NCBI GenBank assembly: GCA_016234855.1
Contig: JACRNO010000057.1
Coordinates: forward strand, 1 to 60,829
DNA length: 60,829 bases
Reading direction: 5' to 3'
Origin: Deltaproteobacteria bacterium
GTDB lineage: Bacteria; Desulfobacterota; GWC2-55-46
The notes under the pieces were generated by a model. It had not been told where the DNA came from. It saw nothing but the letters and a program-made list of their open reading frames with translations, and made no database searches. The translations under genes and the position numbers were made by a program. This document shows, piece after piece, positions 30,417 to 40,434 of this stretch (position 1 is the first letter of the stretch; each line of letters starts with the position of its first letter).

Positions 30417-31185
30417 GATGAAGTCGGAGGGGAGGAAGATCCCCGTGCTGACCGCTTACGACTACCCGATGGCGAGGATACTCGACGACGCGGGCATCCC
30501 CATCCTCATGGTCGGAGACTCCTGCGGCATGGTAGAGGCCGGACGCGAGAATACCCTCACCGTCACGCTCGACGAGATAATATACCATACGCGCTCGGTA
30601 GCCAGGGGCAGGACCGCGGCCGTCGTGGTAAGCGACATGCCGTTCGGCTCATACCAGACGAGCGTAATCGAGGCGCGCAGGAACGCGGCAAGGCTCGTTG
30701 CCGAGGGCGGGGCCGAGGCCGTAAAGATTGAAGGCGGCAGAAGGTCGCTGCGGGCGATAAAGGCCGTCATCGAGATGGACATCCCGGTCATGGGGCATAT
30801 CGGCCTGACCCCGCAGTCCGTCCACGCAATGGGCGGCTACAGGGTCCAGGGCAAGAGCAGCGAGGCGGCCGAAAAAATCACCGAAGACGCGCGCGAACTG
30901 GAAAAGGCCGGGGTCTTCGCAATCGTGCTGGAAGGCATCCCCTCTCAACTCGCAGGGGATATCACCGCCGAGCTGGGCATACCTACCATCGGCATAGGCG
31001 CGGGCCCAAACTGCGACGGCCAGGTCCTCGTCCTGAACGACATGCTCGGGCTCGATTCGACCGTAAAGACGCCGAAGTACGTCAAACGGTACATGGACCT
31101 TAAGAATATCATCTCATCCGCGGTCGTTGAATACGTCATCGACGTGGAAGCGGGCAGGTTCCCGTCCAAGGAACAGTCGTATTAG
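30385..31185 (+). CDS. panB: 3-methyl-2-oxobutanoate hydroxymethyltransferase
   Basis: LTAYD, MVGDS, KIEGG, GHIGLTPQS, IGIGAG..CDGQVLV. Confidence 0.96.
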   Translation: MKKITVPDIVKMKSEGRKIPVLTAYDYPMARILDDAGIPILMVGDSCGMVEAGRENTLTVTLDEIIYHTRSVARGRTAAVVVSDMPFGSYQTSVIEARRNAARLVAEGGAEAVKIEGGRRSLRAIKAVIEMDIPVMGHIGLTPQSVHAMGGYRVQGKSSEAAEKITEDARELEKAGVFAIVLEGIPSQLAGDITAELGIPTIGIGAGPNCDGQVLVLNDMLGLDSTVKTPKYVKRYMDLKNIISSAVVEYVIDVEAGRFPSKEQSY

Positions 31186-31347
31186 CAGGCTGTTGAAAAA
31201 CTCTCAACACGTCATTCCCGAGGTCTCTGTCCCTGACTAATACATTCGGGGACGAATCCAGTCTCTGTAAAATCAACAACTTATGGATTCCCGCTTTCGC
31301 GGGAATGACGACATGGAGTGGCAACGCAGTGTTTTTCAACAACACGT
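31185..31347. mobile_element. MITE (TGTTGAAAAAC-type ends) carrying a CGTC-type REPIN (31210-31310)
   Basis: TA|gcaggctgttgaaaaac ... gtttttcaacaacacgt|TA; internal cgtcattcccg...gcgggaatgacg. Confidence 0.75.
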
Positions 31348-31371
31348 TAGGCAGGACTACGGATGAAAAAA

Positions 31372-31451
31372 CGGGTCGGTCTCAACGCCTGCCGTCCTAA
31401 ACGCCGCAGTCAGCAGGCTTGAGCCCGTTATCGGGACAGACCATTGACCCG
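31372..31451 (+). ncRNA. Structured leader upstream of panC, resembling the pan RNA motif
   Basis: Nested stems CGGGTC/GACCCG and GGTCT/AGACC with a GTCTC...GGACAGAC core, ending 9 nt before the panC ATG. Family match is from recollection only. Confidence 0.5.
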
Positions 31452-31460
31452 CCATAAAAG

Positions 31461-32336
31461 ATGAAACTCTTTAAAGACATCCAGGGGATGCGCCGCTACA
31501 CCAAGGAGGCCCGCGCCAGAGGCGCCATAGTGGCCTTTGTGCCCACCATGGGCCATCTCCACGCCGGACACGGCGAGCTTATGGCCGCGGCGAGCGCGGC
31601 AGGCGATATCACCGTCCTCAGCATATTCGTAAACCCCATGCAGTTCGGCCCTCACGAGGACTTCAATACATACCCAAGGACCCTTGAGCAGGACCTGAAA
31701 ACGGCCGAGGCCGCGGGCGTCGACGCCGTATACGTCCCGGATATCGCCCAGATATACCCGCGCGGCTATCAGACATTCGTTACCGTGGAAGAGCTTACCA
31801 AGACCCTGTGCGGCGAGGCCAGGCCCGGGCATTTTCGCGGCGTTACGACGGTGGTGCTAAAACTCTTCAATATCGTCGCCCCGCACAAGGCCGTCTTCGG
31901 CATTAAAGACTTTCAGCAGTACATCGTCGTAAGACGCATGGTGCAAGACCTCAACCTCGATATCGAGATAATAGGCGTCGAGACCGTACGGGAAAAAGAC
32001 GGTTTGGCCATGAGTTCCCGCAACTCCTACCTTGACAGGGACGAACGCAAGGCCGCGCGGTGCATACCCCGCGCCTTCGACGAGGTGAACGCGGCCTTTT
32101 TCGGCGAGATACGCGAGAGCGCGACCCTTATCAACATAGCTAAAAAAATCATAGAAAACGAACCCTTGGCCGTGGTAGAATATATAGCGGTGTGCGACAA
32201 TGAAACGCTCGCCGAGGTCGAACACATCGAAGGGGCGGCGCGGTTGATGCTCGCCGTCAGGATAGGCAGGACGCGGCTGATAGACAACTGTCTTCTGGAG
32301 AAGAAGGACTGGGTCGCCAGACTGGACAACATCTGA
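31461..32336 (+). CDS. panC: Pantoate--beta-alanine ligase
   Basis: VPTMGHLHAGH, SIFVNPMQF, RPGHFRGV, KDFQQ, GLAMSSRN, RLIDN. Confidence 0.96.
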   Translation: MKLFKDIQGMRRYTKEARARGAIVAFVPTMGHLHAGHGELMAAASAAGDITVLSIFVNPMQFGPHEDFNTYPRTLEQDLKTAEAAGVDAVYVPDIAQIYPRGYQTFVTVEELTKTLCGEARPGHFRGVTTVVLKLFNIVAPHKAVFGIKDFQQYIVVRRMVQDLNLDIEIIGVETVREKDGLAMSSRNSYLDRDERKAARCIPRAFDEVNAAFFGEIRESATLINIAKKIIENEPLAVVEYIAVCDNETLAEVEHIEGAARLMLAVRIGRTRLIDNCLLEKKDWVARLDNI

Positions 32337-32418
32337 TAACCGGGCGCGGGCCGCAAGGGCAGGATTCCGCCTTCACGCGCCCCGCCCCAATCCTTAAAAC
32401 CAGGCAAGGAGCAGCAAG

Positions 32419-32793
32419 ATGCAGCGAATAATGTTGAAAAGCAAGATTCACAGGGCCACTGTAACCGACGCAAACATAGACTACGAAGGCTCGGTCGCCA
32501 TAGACGAGGCCCTGATGGAAGCGGCGGGCATATACCCGTTCGAGCAGGTGCAGATATATGACATCAACAACGGCTCCCGCCTGACCACCTACGCCATAAA
32601 GGGCGAGCGCGGCAGCGGCGTCATCTCCGTCAACGGCGCGGCCGCTCACCTGGCCAGAAAAGGCGACCTGGTCATCATCGCCAGTTACTCGACGCTCGAC
32701 GAGGCCGAGGCCGCGTCCCACAACCCCATACTCGTCTACGTGGACAAGGCAAACGCCGTCAAAAAGATATCCTCCGAACTCGCGGGCGTATGA
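32419..32793 (+). CDS. panD: Aspartate 1-decarboxylase
   Basis: [14 protein letters not shown] cleavage site, NGAAAH. Confidence 0.96.
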   Translation: MQRIMLKSKIHRATVTDANIDYEGSVAIDEALMEAAGIYPFEQVQIYDINNGSRLTTYAIKGERGSGVISVNGAAAHLARKGDLVIIASYSTLDEAEAASHNPILVYVDKANAVKKISSELAGV

Positions 32794-33422
32794 GCAAAAA
32801 GATAAAGGGTTATTTTGTAACAGGGCTTCTTGTTGTCGTCCCGCTGTACATTACCGTTTACATCTTTACCCTTATCGTCGGGTTCATGGAAGGCGCGTAT
32901 CACCTGCTGCCGGACGCGCTGCGTCCTGACACGTACCTGCCCTTCCGCATCCCCGGCCTCGGCGTCCTCATCACGCTGACGACCGTCTTCGTGGCCGGGG
33001 TCATAACGCAGAACTTCATGGGCAAGTGGCTCCTGCACCTTGCCGAGAAGATATTGTCGAGGGTTCCCGTCGTCAGGATCGTCTATAACGCCTCGAAGCA
33101 GTTCATGGAGACCTTCTTCGCCAAGGAGCATGAAGGGTTCAGGAAGGTCGTGCTCGTGGAGTTCCCGAGCAAGGGTCTCTGGTCGCTCGGCTTTCTTACG
33201 GGCAGGGTCTGCGAAGAATTGCAGAAGAAGACGCCCGAGGAGATGCTCAACGTCTTTCTTCCCACGACCCCGAATCCGACCTCCGGCTATTACGCCATAA
33301 TCCCGAAAAGAGAGGTCATCCTGCTGGACATGTCCATAGAAGACGCCTTCAAGGTGATTATGACGGGCGGCATGATATCTCCTGAGATGAACGTCGCATC
33401 GACGATTGACAAGGGACACTGA
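32790..33422 (+). CDS. DUF502 membrane protein
   Basis: [37 protein letters not shown]. Confidence 0.9.
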   Translation: MSKKIKGYFVTGLLVVVPLYITVYIFTLIVGFMEGAYHLLPDALRPDTYLPFRIPGLGVLITLTTVFVAGVITQNFMGKWLLHLAEKILSRVPVVRIVYNASKQFMETFFAKEHEGFRKVVLVEFPSKGLWSLGFLTGRVCEELQKKTPEEMLNVFLPTTPNPTSGYYAIIPKREVILLDMSIEDAFKVIMTGGMISPEMNVASTIDKGH

Positions 33423-33515
33423 AAAGCCTTTGCGGACCGTGGCACAATTCCCGTTGCCCGGCAGTACCATCTATCATCCGGATATCCATCTAAAATAATT
33501 AAAAAGGGGTCTTTA

Positions 33516-35534
33516 ATGTCCGACGCTCTCCATGCCTTCGACTCTACCGACGAGCTGTGCGTAAATACGATCCGATTCCTCGCCGTTGACGGCGTGGAGG
33601 CGGCCAACTCAGGACACCCGGGCATGCCCCTTGGCGACGCGCCAATGGCCTACGCCCTATGGGCAAGGCATATGCGCTTCGACCCCGAAGAACCCAAGTG
33701 GCCGGGCCGCGACCGTTTCGTGCTGTCCGCCGGGCACGGCTCCATGCTCCTCTACTCGCTCCTGCACCTGACGGGCTACGACATGCCGCTCGAACAATTG
33801 AAGAGCTTCAGACAATGGGGCAGCCACACGCCCGGACACCCTGAATACGATATCGAACGCGGCATAGAGATGACGACCGGGCCGCTCGGTCAGGGGTTCG
33901 CCACCGGGGTCGGCATGGCCATTGCAGAGCGTTACCTGGCCGAGCGCTACAACAAGCCCGGCTTCGCAATCTTCGATTACAATATCTACGCCATAACGAG
34001 CGACGGAGACCTGATGGAGGGCGTATCCAACGAGGCCGCCTCCATTGCCGGGCATCTCGGCCTGGGCAAGCTCGTCTACCTCTATTCGGACAACAGGATA
34101 ACCATAGAAGGCTCGACGGAGATCGCCTTTACCGAAGACGCAGGCAAGCGCTTCGAGGCCCTGGGCTGGCACGTGCAGGCCGTGGACGGCAACGACATGG
34201 CCGGGGTATCAAGGGCCATCGAGGCGGCAAAGGCCGAGTCAACGAGGCCATCCATCGTCATATCCCGCACGAATATCGGCTTCGGCAGCCCCGGCAAACA
34301 GGACTCTGCAGAGGCGCACGGCGCCCCCCTTGGTAAGGACGAGATGCGCCTTACAAAGGAAAAACTCGGCTGGCCGCTTGAGCCGGCATTCCACATCCCA
34401 GATGCAGCGCAAAAACACATAACGACCGCAACAAACAAGGGCCGCGCAGCCCACAAAGACTGGCAGAAGACATTCAAAGCCTACGCAAAGGCCCACCCGG
34501 AGCTTGCGGCCGAACTGACCGCGCTCTTTGAAGGCAGGCTCGACGGCCAATGGGAAAAATCAATGCCGGTCTTTGCGCCTGCGGAGCCGGCAATGGCCAC
34601 GCGCAGCGCATCCGGCAAGGTCTTGAACGCCATTGCAAAGGATATACCGAGGCTCATCGGCGGCTCGGCTGACCTCGCCCCGTCCAACAACACGTATCTG
34701 AAGGGCCTGGGCGATTTTCAGACCCGGCAATCGGGCAGGAACCTCCACTTCGGCGTGCGCGAGCATGCCATGGGCTCGCTCATGAACGGCATGGCCCTCT
34801 CAGGGCTCATACCATTCGGCGGGACGTTCCTCATCTTCTCCGATTACATGCGCCCTGCCATACGCCTTGCCGCGCTAATGAAGCTGCACGTCATCTATGT
34901 CTTTACGCACGACTCCATCGGCCTTGGAGAGGACGGCCCGACGCATCAACCCATAGAGCAGCTCGCATCCCTGCGCGCCATACCCGGTCTTACGGTCTTA
35001 AGGCCGGCTGACGCGTTTGAAACGGCCCTTGCATGGAAGAGCGCGCTCGCCAACACAAGCGGGCCTACGGCCCTTGTGCTTACGCGGCAGAACGTGGCTT
35101 CGATAGACAGGGAAAAGCTCAAGACAAAGGGAGACTTATCCAAGGGCGGATACGTCCTTGCGGACGCGGATGGCGGCAAGCCGCAGGTCATCCTCATAGC
35201 CACGGGCTCCGAGGTCGAGATCGCGCTCCAGGCCCGCGCCGAGCTTGCAAAGCGCGGCATCGGCTGCCGGGTAGTGGCTATGCCGTCTACCTGCATCTTC
35301 GACAGCCAGGAGAAGGCCTACAGGGACTCGGTGCTTCCTCCCGCCGTAACCGCTCGCATATCCATCGAGGCGGGCGCGACCATGGGCTGGCACCGCTACG
35401 TGGGCCTCGACGGCGCAACCATCGGCATCGACCACTTCGGGGCGTCCGCCCCGTACAAGACCATCTACGAGCGGTTCGGACTTACGGCAGCGGCCGTGGT
35501 CGAACAGGCCGTCAAGCTCCTTGAGCGCAAATAA
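33516..35534 (+). CDS. tkt: Transketolase
   Basis: [45 protein letters not shown]. Confidence 0.97.
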   Translation: MSDALHAFDSTDELCVNTIRFLAVDGVEAANSGHPGMPLGDAPMAYALWARHMRFDPEEPKWPGRDRFVLSAGHGSMLLYSLLHLTGYDMPLEQLKSFRQWGSHTPGHPEYDIERGIEMTTGPLGQGFATGVGMAIAERYLAERYNKPGFAIFDYNIYAITSDGDLMEGVSNEAASIAGHLGLGKLVYLYSDNRITIEGSTEIAFTEDAGKRFEALGWHVQAVDGNDMAGVSRAIEAAKAESTRPSIVISRTNIGFGSPGKQDSAEAHGAPLGKDEMRLTKEKLGWPLEPAFHIPDAAQKHITTATNKGRAAHKDWQKTFKAYAKAHPELAAELTALFEGRLDGQWEKSMPVFAPAEPAMATRSASGKVLNAIAKDIPRLIGGSADLAPSNNTYLKGLGDFQTRQSGRNLHFGVREHAMGSLMNGMALSGLIPFGGTFLIFSDYMRPAIRLAALMKLHVIYVFTHDSIGLGEDGPTHQPIEQLASLRAIPGLTVLRPADAFETALAWKSALANTSGPTALVLTRQNVASIDREKLKTKGDLSKGGYVLADADGGKPQVILIATGSEVEIALQARAELAKRGIGCRVVAMPSTCIFDSQEKAYRDSVLPPAVTARISIEAGATMGWHRYVGLDGATIGIDHFGASAPYKTIYERFGLTAAAVVEQAVKLLERK

Positions 35535-35616
35535 TGGCAGAAGGCGGCGGTAGACGCCTTCTACTCGACCCTACGATTACAGAGGCCGTCAAACCCTAAC
35601 CGGAGAGAAGACCCCC

Positions 35617-38535
35617 ATGAACCCATTACTGGAACTCAAGCGCGCCGGACAGAGCATCTGGTACGACAATCTCAGGCGGGCCATCGTCACGTCCGGCGAA
35701 CTCAAGCGGATGATAGACGAGTATGGGGTCACGGGCGTAACCTCAAACCCGTCCATCTTCGAGAAGGCGGTCTCCGGCGGAAAGGAATACGACGCCGCCA
35801 TAGCGGCGCTTACGGCGCGGGGCCAGAACGACTCGGACCTTCTCGACAGCATCATAGCCTCGGATATCCGCCTTGCCGCCGACACCTTCGCCCCGGTCTT
35901 CCGCTCGACAAACGGCGCGGACGGCTTTGTGAGCGTCGAGGTCGCCCCCGCTCTCGCCCGCAATACCGTGGCCACGGTGGCCGAGGCCAATCGGCTCCGC
36001 GACCTCGTGGACAGGCCCAACGTCATGATAAAGGTCCCCGGCACGATACAGGGGCTTTCGGCCATCGAGGAACTCGTCTACGAAGGCTTCAACATCAACG
36101 TCACCCTCCTCTTCTCGGTCAACAGATACGCGATGGTCGCCCTCGCCTACATCAAGGGGCTTGAGCAGAGGCTTGCCCAGGGCAGGCCCATAGACGGCAT
36201 ACGGGGCGTTGCCAGCTTCTTCGTAAGCCGCGTCGACACCCTTAGCGACAGGCTTATCTCCGAACGCCTGAAGTCAACAGCGTCCAACGACGAACACGCC
36301 CGCCTCAGCGCCATGCTCGGCAGGGTGGCCGCGGATAACGCCAAGCTCGCCTGGCTCAGGTATAAAGACATCTACGAATCGGAGCGCTTTGCGCCGTTAA
36401 AGCGCGCGGGCGCCCATCCCCAGCGGCTTTTGTGGGCCTCGACGGGCACAAAGAACCCGGCCTACTCGGACGTCAAATACGTAGAAGAGCTTATAGAGCC
36501 GGATACGGTCAACACCATGCCGCTCGCCACGCTCATGGCCTTTCACGAGCACGGCCGCGTAAGGCGCACCCTGCCCAACGGGATTGACGGGGCGCGCGGG
36601 CTTATCGCCGAGCTTGCCGCCCTCGGCATCGACTACGAGGCCATGACCTCCACCCTTGAGGAAGAGGGGATAAAGAGCTTTTCCGACGCGTTCGCCGCCC
36701 TTACCCGCTGCGTCAGCGAGAAGGCGGCCGATGCACGGCGAAACGGCCACGTCCAGGCAGCAGCCGCGTCAACCGCAACCGCTATTGCCGCGCCGGTTGC
36801 CAAGCCCTGCGCCGTTGCCGAATTTCTCCTTGGCAACTTGGGCAACACGGCTGACAAGGAGCTAAAGACCCTTGACAAGGCGCGGTTTTCAGAGAGGCTC
36901 TGGGAAAAAGACGCCGGGCTCTGGACAAAGAAACCTGCTCAGAAAAAGCAGATAAGAAACTCACTCGGCTGGCTAAACCTTGCCGCGTCAATGGACGCTC
37001 ACAAGGCCGATATAACGGCATTTGCAAAAGAGGTCAAGGACGCAGGATTCAAGCACGCCGTGCTGCTCGGCATGGGCGGGTCTTCCCTTGCCCCGCTCGT
37101 CATGGCAGGCTCCATACCGGGCCGCAAGGGGTATCCTGAGCTCATAGTCCTCGACTCGACCGACCCGGACTCCGTCACGAACGTCACAAAAAATGTCGAC
37201 CTTGAAAAGACCCTCTTTATCGTCTCAAGCAAGTCAGGCACCACCATCGAGCCCCTCTCGTTCTTCGAGTACTTCTACGACAGGCTTCGCGCCATAAAGG
37301 GCGAGGCCGCAGGAGAGAACTTCGTCGTCATCACCGACCCTGACACCCCGCTCGAAGGCTTCCACAGAAAATACCGCATGCGCCGCCTATTCACCAACCA
37401 GCCGGACATAGGCGGACGCTTCTCTGCGCTATCGTTCTTCGGCCTCGTGCCAGCGGCCGTTGCCGGCATCGATATCTCGAAACTCCTCTACTTCGGGGCG
37501 CGGGTCACGGTGGAGATGCTTCCTGAAGTCCCGCTATCCGAGAACCCCGGTGCCGTGCTCGGCGCAACGCTTGCCGCCCTTGCAAAGGCGGGCCGGGACA
37601 AACTCACCTTCTTTATCGCGGACGAGCTCAAGGCATTCGGCCTGTGGATAGAACAGCTTATCGCCGAATCCACCGGCAAGGACGGCGCGGGCATCGTGCC
37701 GATAAGCGCCGAACCCGCAGGCAAGGCCGCTGACTACGGCAACGACAGGGTCTTCGTGCAAATAACCTTCAAAGGCAAGGGCGGCGGTGACAGCCGCCTG
37801 CTTGCCGCGCTCTCCAAGGCCGGACATCCGGTAATCCGCTTCAACATCACGGACTGCCACGAGCTTGGCGGCGAGTTCCTCCGCTGGGAAGCCGCAACCG
37901 CCGCCGCTGGCATGCTCCTCAATATCAACCCGTTCGACCAGCCTGACGTCGAGCTGGCCAAGGTTCTGGCGCGCGACCGGCTTGGCAAGGCCGCCTCTGC
38001 CAAAGGCGCAAAGGCCCCGGGCGTCGAGTTCAAGTCCAAGGGCCTTACCGCATACTTCGGGAAGACGGCCATGAAAAAGATGGCCAGGGCGGGCCTTAAA
38101 GGCAAGGGGCTCAAGACGGCCATAAAGGCGTTTTGCGGTCTGGCCGCGCCGGGCGATTACGCGGGCCTTTTGGCCTACTACTCCACCTTTGACCCGGGCG
38201 TTGACAAGCTCCTTGCCCGCCTGCGTAAGGAGATACGCGACTCAACGGGCTGCGGCGTGCAGGCCGGATACGGCCCGCGCTACCTGCACTCGACAGGCCA
38301 GCTTCACAAGGGCGGGGCGAATAACGGGCTCTTTATAATACTCGCGCATAAAGCCGCAAAAGATATCCCGGTACCGGGCAGACCGTTCGGTTTTTCCGAC
38401 CTCGAACTGGCGCAGGTCTACGGAGATGCCGAGGCCCTCGACTCAAAAGGCCGCAGGGTCTGCCTGCTCGTGATGAAAGACTCAAAGGCAGGAACGCTCA
38501 AGGAAGCGGTTAACCTGATAAAGGGCGCGTTGTAG
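35617..38535 (+). CDS. Bifunctional transaldolase / glucose-6-phosphate isomerase
   Basis: GVTSNPSIF, VMIKVP and LLWASTGTKNP (Tal), then GMGGSSL, SSKSGTTIE, EQLIAESTGK and YLHSTGQLHKGG (Pgi). Confidence 0.93.
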   Translation: MNPLLELKRAGQSIWYDNLRRAIVTSGELKRMIDEYGVTGVTSNPSIFEKAVSGGKEYDAAIAALTARGQNDSDLLDSIIASDIRLAADTFAPVFRSTNGADGFVSVEVAPALARNTVATVAEANRLRDLVDRPNVMIKVPGTIQGLSAIEELVYEGFNINVTLLFSVNRYAMVALAYIKGLEQRLAQGRPIDGIRGVASFFVSRVDTLSDRLISERLKSTASNDEHARLSAMLGRVAADNAKLAWLRYKDIYESERFAPLKRAGAHPQRLLWASTGTKNPAYSDVKYVEELIEPDTVNTMPLATLMAFHEHGRVRRTLPNGIDGARGLIAELAALGIDYEAMTSTLEEEGIKSFSDAFAALTRCVSEKAADARRNGHVQAAAASTATAIAAPVAKPCAVAEFLLGNLGNTADKELKTLDKARFSERLWEKDAGLWTKKPAQKKQIRNSLGWLNLAASMDAHKADITAFAKEVKDAGFKHAVLLGMGGSSLAPLVMAGSIPGRKGYPELIVLDSTDPDSVTNVTKNVDLEKTLFIVSSKSGTTIEPLSFFEYFYDRLRAIKGEAAGENFVVITDPDTPLEGFHRKYRMRRLFTNQPDIGGRFSALSFFGLVPAAVAGIDISKLLYFGARVTVEMLPEVPLSENPGAVLGATLAALAKAGRDKLTFFIADELKAFGLWIEQLIAESTGKDGAGIVPISAEPAGKAADYGNDRVFVQITFKGKGGGDSRLLAALSKAGHPVIRFNITDCHELGGEFLRWEAATAAAGMLLNINPFDQPDVELAKVLARDRLGKAASAKGAKAPGVEFKSKGLTAYFGKTAMKKMARAGLKGKGLKTAIKAFCGLAAPGDYAGLLAYYSTFDPGVDKLLARLRKEIRDSTGCGVQAGYGPRYLHSTGQLHKGGANNGLFIILAHKAAKDIPVPGRPFGFSDLELAQVYGDAEALDSKGRRVCLLVMKDSKAGTLKEAVNLIKGAL

Positions 38536-38567
38536 AAAAAGCCGGGAAGGCGGCGCGTGCAACCAGA

Positions 38568-38596
38568 TTGACTCGGTGACGCACAAATGATACACT
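38568..38596 (+). promoter_or_regulatory. sigma70 promoter of the RelE-type TA pair
   Basis: TTGACT - 17 nt - TACACT, then a GGAGG SD. Confidence 0.65.
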
Positions 38597-38612
38597 TATT
38601 GCGGAGGTAATC

Positions 38613-38840
38613 ATGCCTACAAAAAACCCCAGAATAAACGTAGTAATGGAAAAGCCGCTCTATGAAGCGGTGGAGCGGTCTGCAAGGAAGGCCGGCGTCT
38701 CTCTCTCGTTGAAGGTCAGGGACCTCGTAATGGAGGCGCTTGAGATGGAGGAAGATATCGTGCTGGCGGCCTTTGCCGGACAAAGGGAACGGTCGTTCAA
38801 GAAAGCGAGCGCACTCAAGCACGAAGAGGTCTGGAAGTGA
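38613..38840 (+). CDS. Ribbon-helix-helix antitoxin
   Basis: PRINVVME strand, GVSLSLKVRDLV helix, acidic C-terminus; GTGA overlap with the toxin. Confidence 0.8.
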   Translation: MPTKNPRINVVMEKPLYEAVERSARKAGVSLSLKVRDLVMEALEMEEDIVLAAFAGQRERSFKKASALKHEEVWK

Positions 38841-39115
38841 CGTCCTTCATGGTCTTATACCACCCGTTGGTAAAGGCCGAAGACCTGCCCAGCATAGATG
38901 CAAAGAATAGAGATCGTCTCAGGAAGGCCATTGAAACGCGCCTTATGAACGAGCCGCAGCGATATGGAACTCCGCTCAGAAAAAATCTGAAAGGCTATTG
39001 GAAACTGAGGGTTGGAGACTACAGGGTCGTCTTTAAGATAGTTGATGAAGAGGTGCGGATATTAGGGATTATGCACAGAAAAGAAGTTTATGAGAAAATA
39101 AAGAAGAGGGTATAG
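38837..39115 (+). CDS. RelE/ParE-family toxin
   Basis: GTPLRKNLKGYWKLRVGDYRVVF...HRKEVY. Confidence 0.9.
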   Translation: MTSFMVLYHPLVKAEDLPSIDAKNRDRLRKAIETRLMNEPQRYGTPLRKNLKGYWKLRVGDYRVVFKIVDEEVRILGIMHRKEVYEKIKKRV

Positions 39116-39139
39116 ATGGCAACCGGCAAAATTCAGTTA

Positions 39140-39448
39140 AAGAAGCTCTGATTAATTCCACCGAGGTTGTCATTCTGAGCGCAGCGAAGAATCTCGTCTC
39201 TCGGCGAATCAACTACTCACGAGATGTAAATTATCCGTAAGAACGACGGATAATTTATAAGTAATGATAAAGCCGTTTATATTCGCTTGTTTTAACCCGC
39301 AAGAAGACGCGGGCTTAAACAAGCTGTGCTTAACTTCGTCGCTTGTGCGCTCGTGTGCGCTAACGTTATGTCTTCGGCGCAACGTTGTGTCTTTGGCGCC
39401 AAAAACGCTCATCAGAATGACAGAAAAAAGAATAAATCAGAGTTTCCT
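39140..39448. mobile_element. 309-bp MITE (CTCTGATTAATTC family) carrying a TGTC-type REP pair and extra hairpins
   Basis: TIRs aagaagctctgattaattc / gaataaatcagagtttcct (16/19); internal tgtcattctgagc (39168)...cagaatgaca (39422). Confidence 0.75.
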
Positions 39449-39521
39449 GAGATATCAGCCTTGCACACCAACGCCAGAAGTTACCATCCGGCCTTGCCAC
39501 GACTCTAATCGGAGGCACACA

Positions 39522-40427
39522 ATGCACATCGGAATGATAGGTCTCGGCAAGATGGGCATGAACATGTCCCGTCGGCTCATGCAGGCCGGACATAAGGTCT
39601 CGGCCTTTGACAGGTCTACGGACGCGGTAAAGGCCGCCGAGGCCGACGGCGCGCTTGCCGCGCAGACCATCGCCGGTCTGGTCTCCTCCCTCCCCTCGCC
39701 CCGACCCATTTGGATAATGCTACCGGCGGGCAACCCGGTTGAAGAGACGATTACGCTATTGAAGGCCTGCCTTTCTCCGGGCGACATCATCATCGACGGC
39801 GGCAACTCCTTTTACAAAGACGACCTGAGGCGCGATGAGGAACTTCGCTCCGTCGGGCTCAACTATATCGACGCGGGCGTAAGCGGCGGCGTCTGGGGGC
39901 TGAAGAACGGCTACGCGCTCATGCTCGGCGGCGACGAGACGGTCTATCGCCATCTCGAACCCGTATTTGCCGCGCTCGCGCCCAAAGAAGGTTACATGCG
40001 CTGCGGCCCTGCAGGCTCCGGCCACTTCGTCAAGATGATACACAACGGCATCGAGTACGGGTTGATGGAGGCGTATGCCGAAGGCTTTGAACTGTTAAAA
40101 GCCTCGCGTTTCGCCAACGGCCTCGACCTCGCCGCCATCGCGCACGTCTGGAACAACGGCAGCGTGGTGCGCTCGTGGCTCCTTGAACTGCTTGAAGACG
40201 CCCTTGTAAAAGACAAAGACCTCTCGACGCTATCCGGCTGGGTCGACGACTCAGGCGAAGGACGCTGGACCGTGATGGAGGCCATCGAGCGCGGGGTAAG
40301 CCTGCCCGTCATCACGGAGTCCCTGATGCGGAGGTTCCGCTCGCGCCAGCAAGACCCGTTCGCCGAAAAAGTGCTTGCAGCCATGCGCGCCGAGTTCGGC
40401 GGACATGCCGTAAAAAAGGGGGGTTGA
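39522..40427 (+). CDS. gnd: 6-phosphogluconate dehydrogenase (short type)
   Basis: IGMIGLGKMG, IIDGGNS, GVSGG, HFVKMIHNGIEYG, DSGEGRWT; GGAGG SD before ATG 39522. Confidence 0.94.
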   Translation: MHIGMIGLGKMGMNMSRRLMQAGHKVSAFDRSTDAVKAAEADGALAAQTIAGLVSSLPSPRPIWIMLPAGNPVEETITLLKACLSPGDIIIDGGNSFYKDDLRRDEELRSVGLNYIDAGVSGGVWGLKNGYALMLGGDETVYRHLEPVFAALAPKEGYMRCGPAGSGHFVKMIHNGIEYGLMEAYAEGFELLKASRFANGLDLAAIAHVWNNGSVVRSWLLELLEDALVKDKDLSTLSGWVDDSGEGRWTVMEAIERGVSLPVITESLMRRFRSRQQDPFAEKVLAAMRAEFGGHAVKKGG

Positions 40428-40434
40428 GGCGGTT

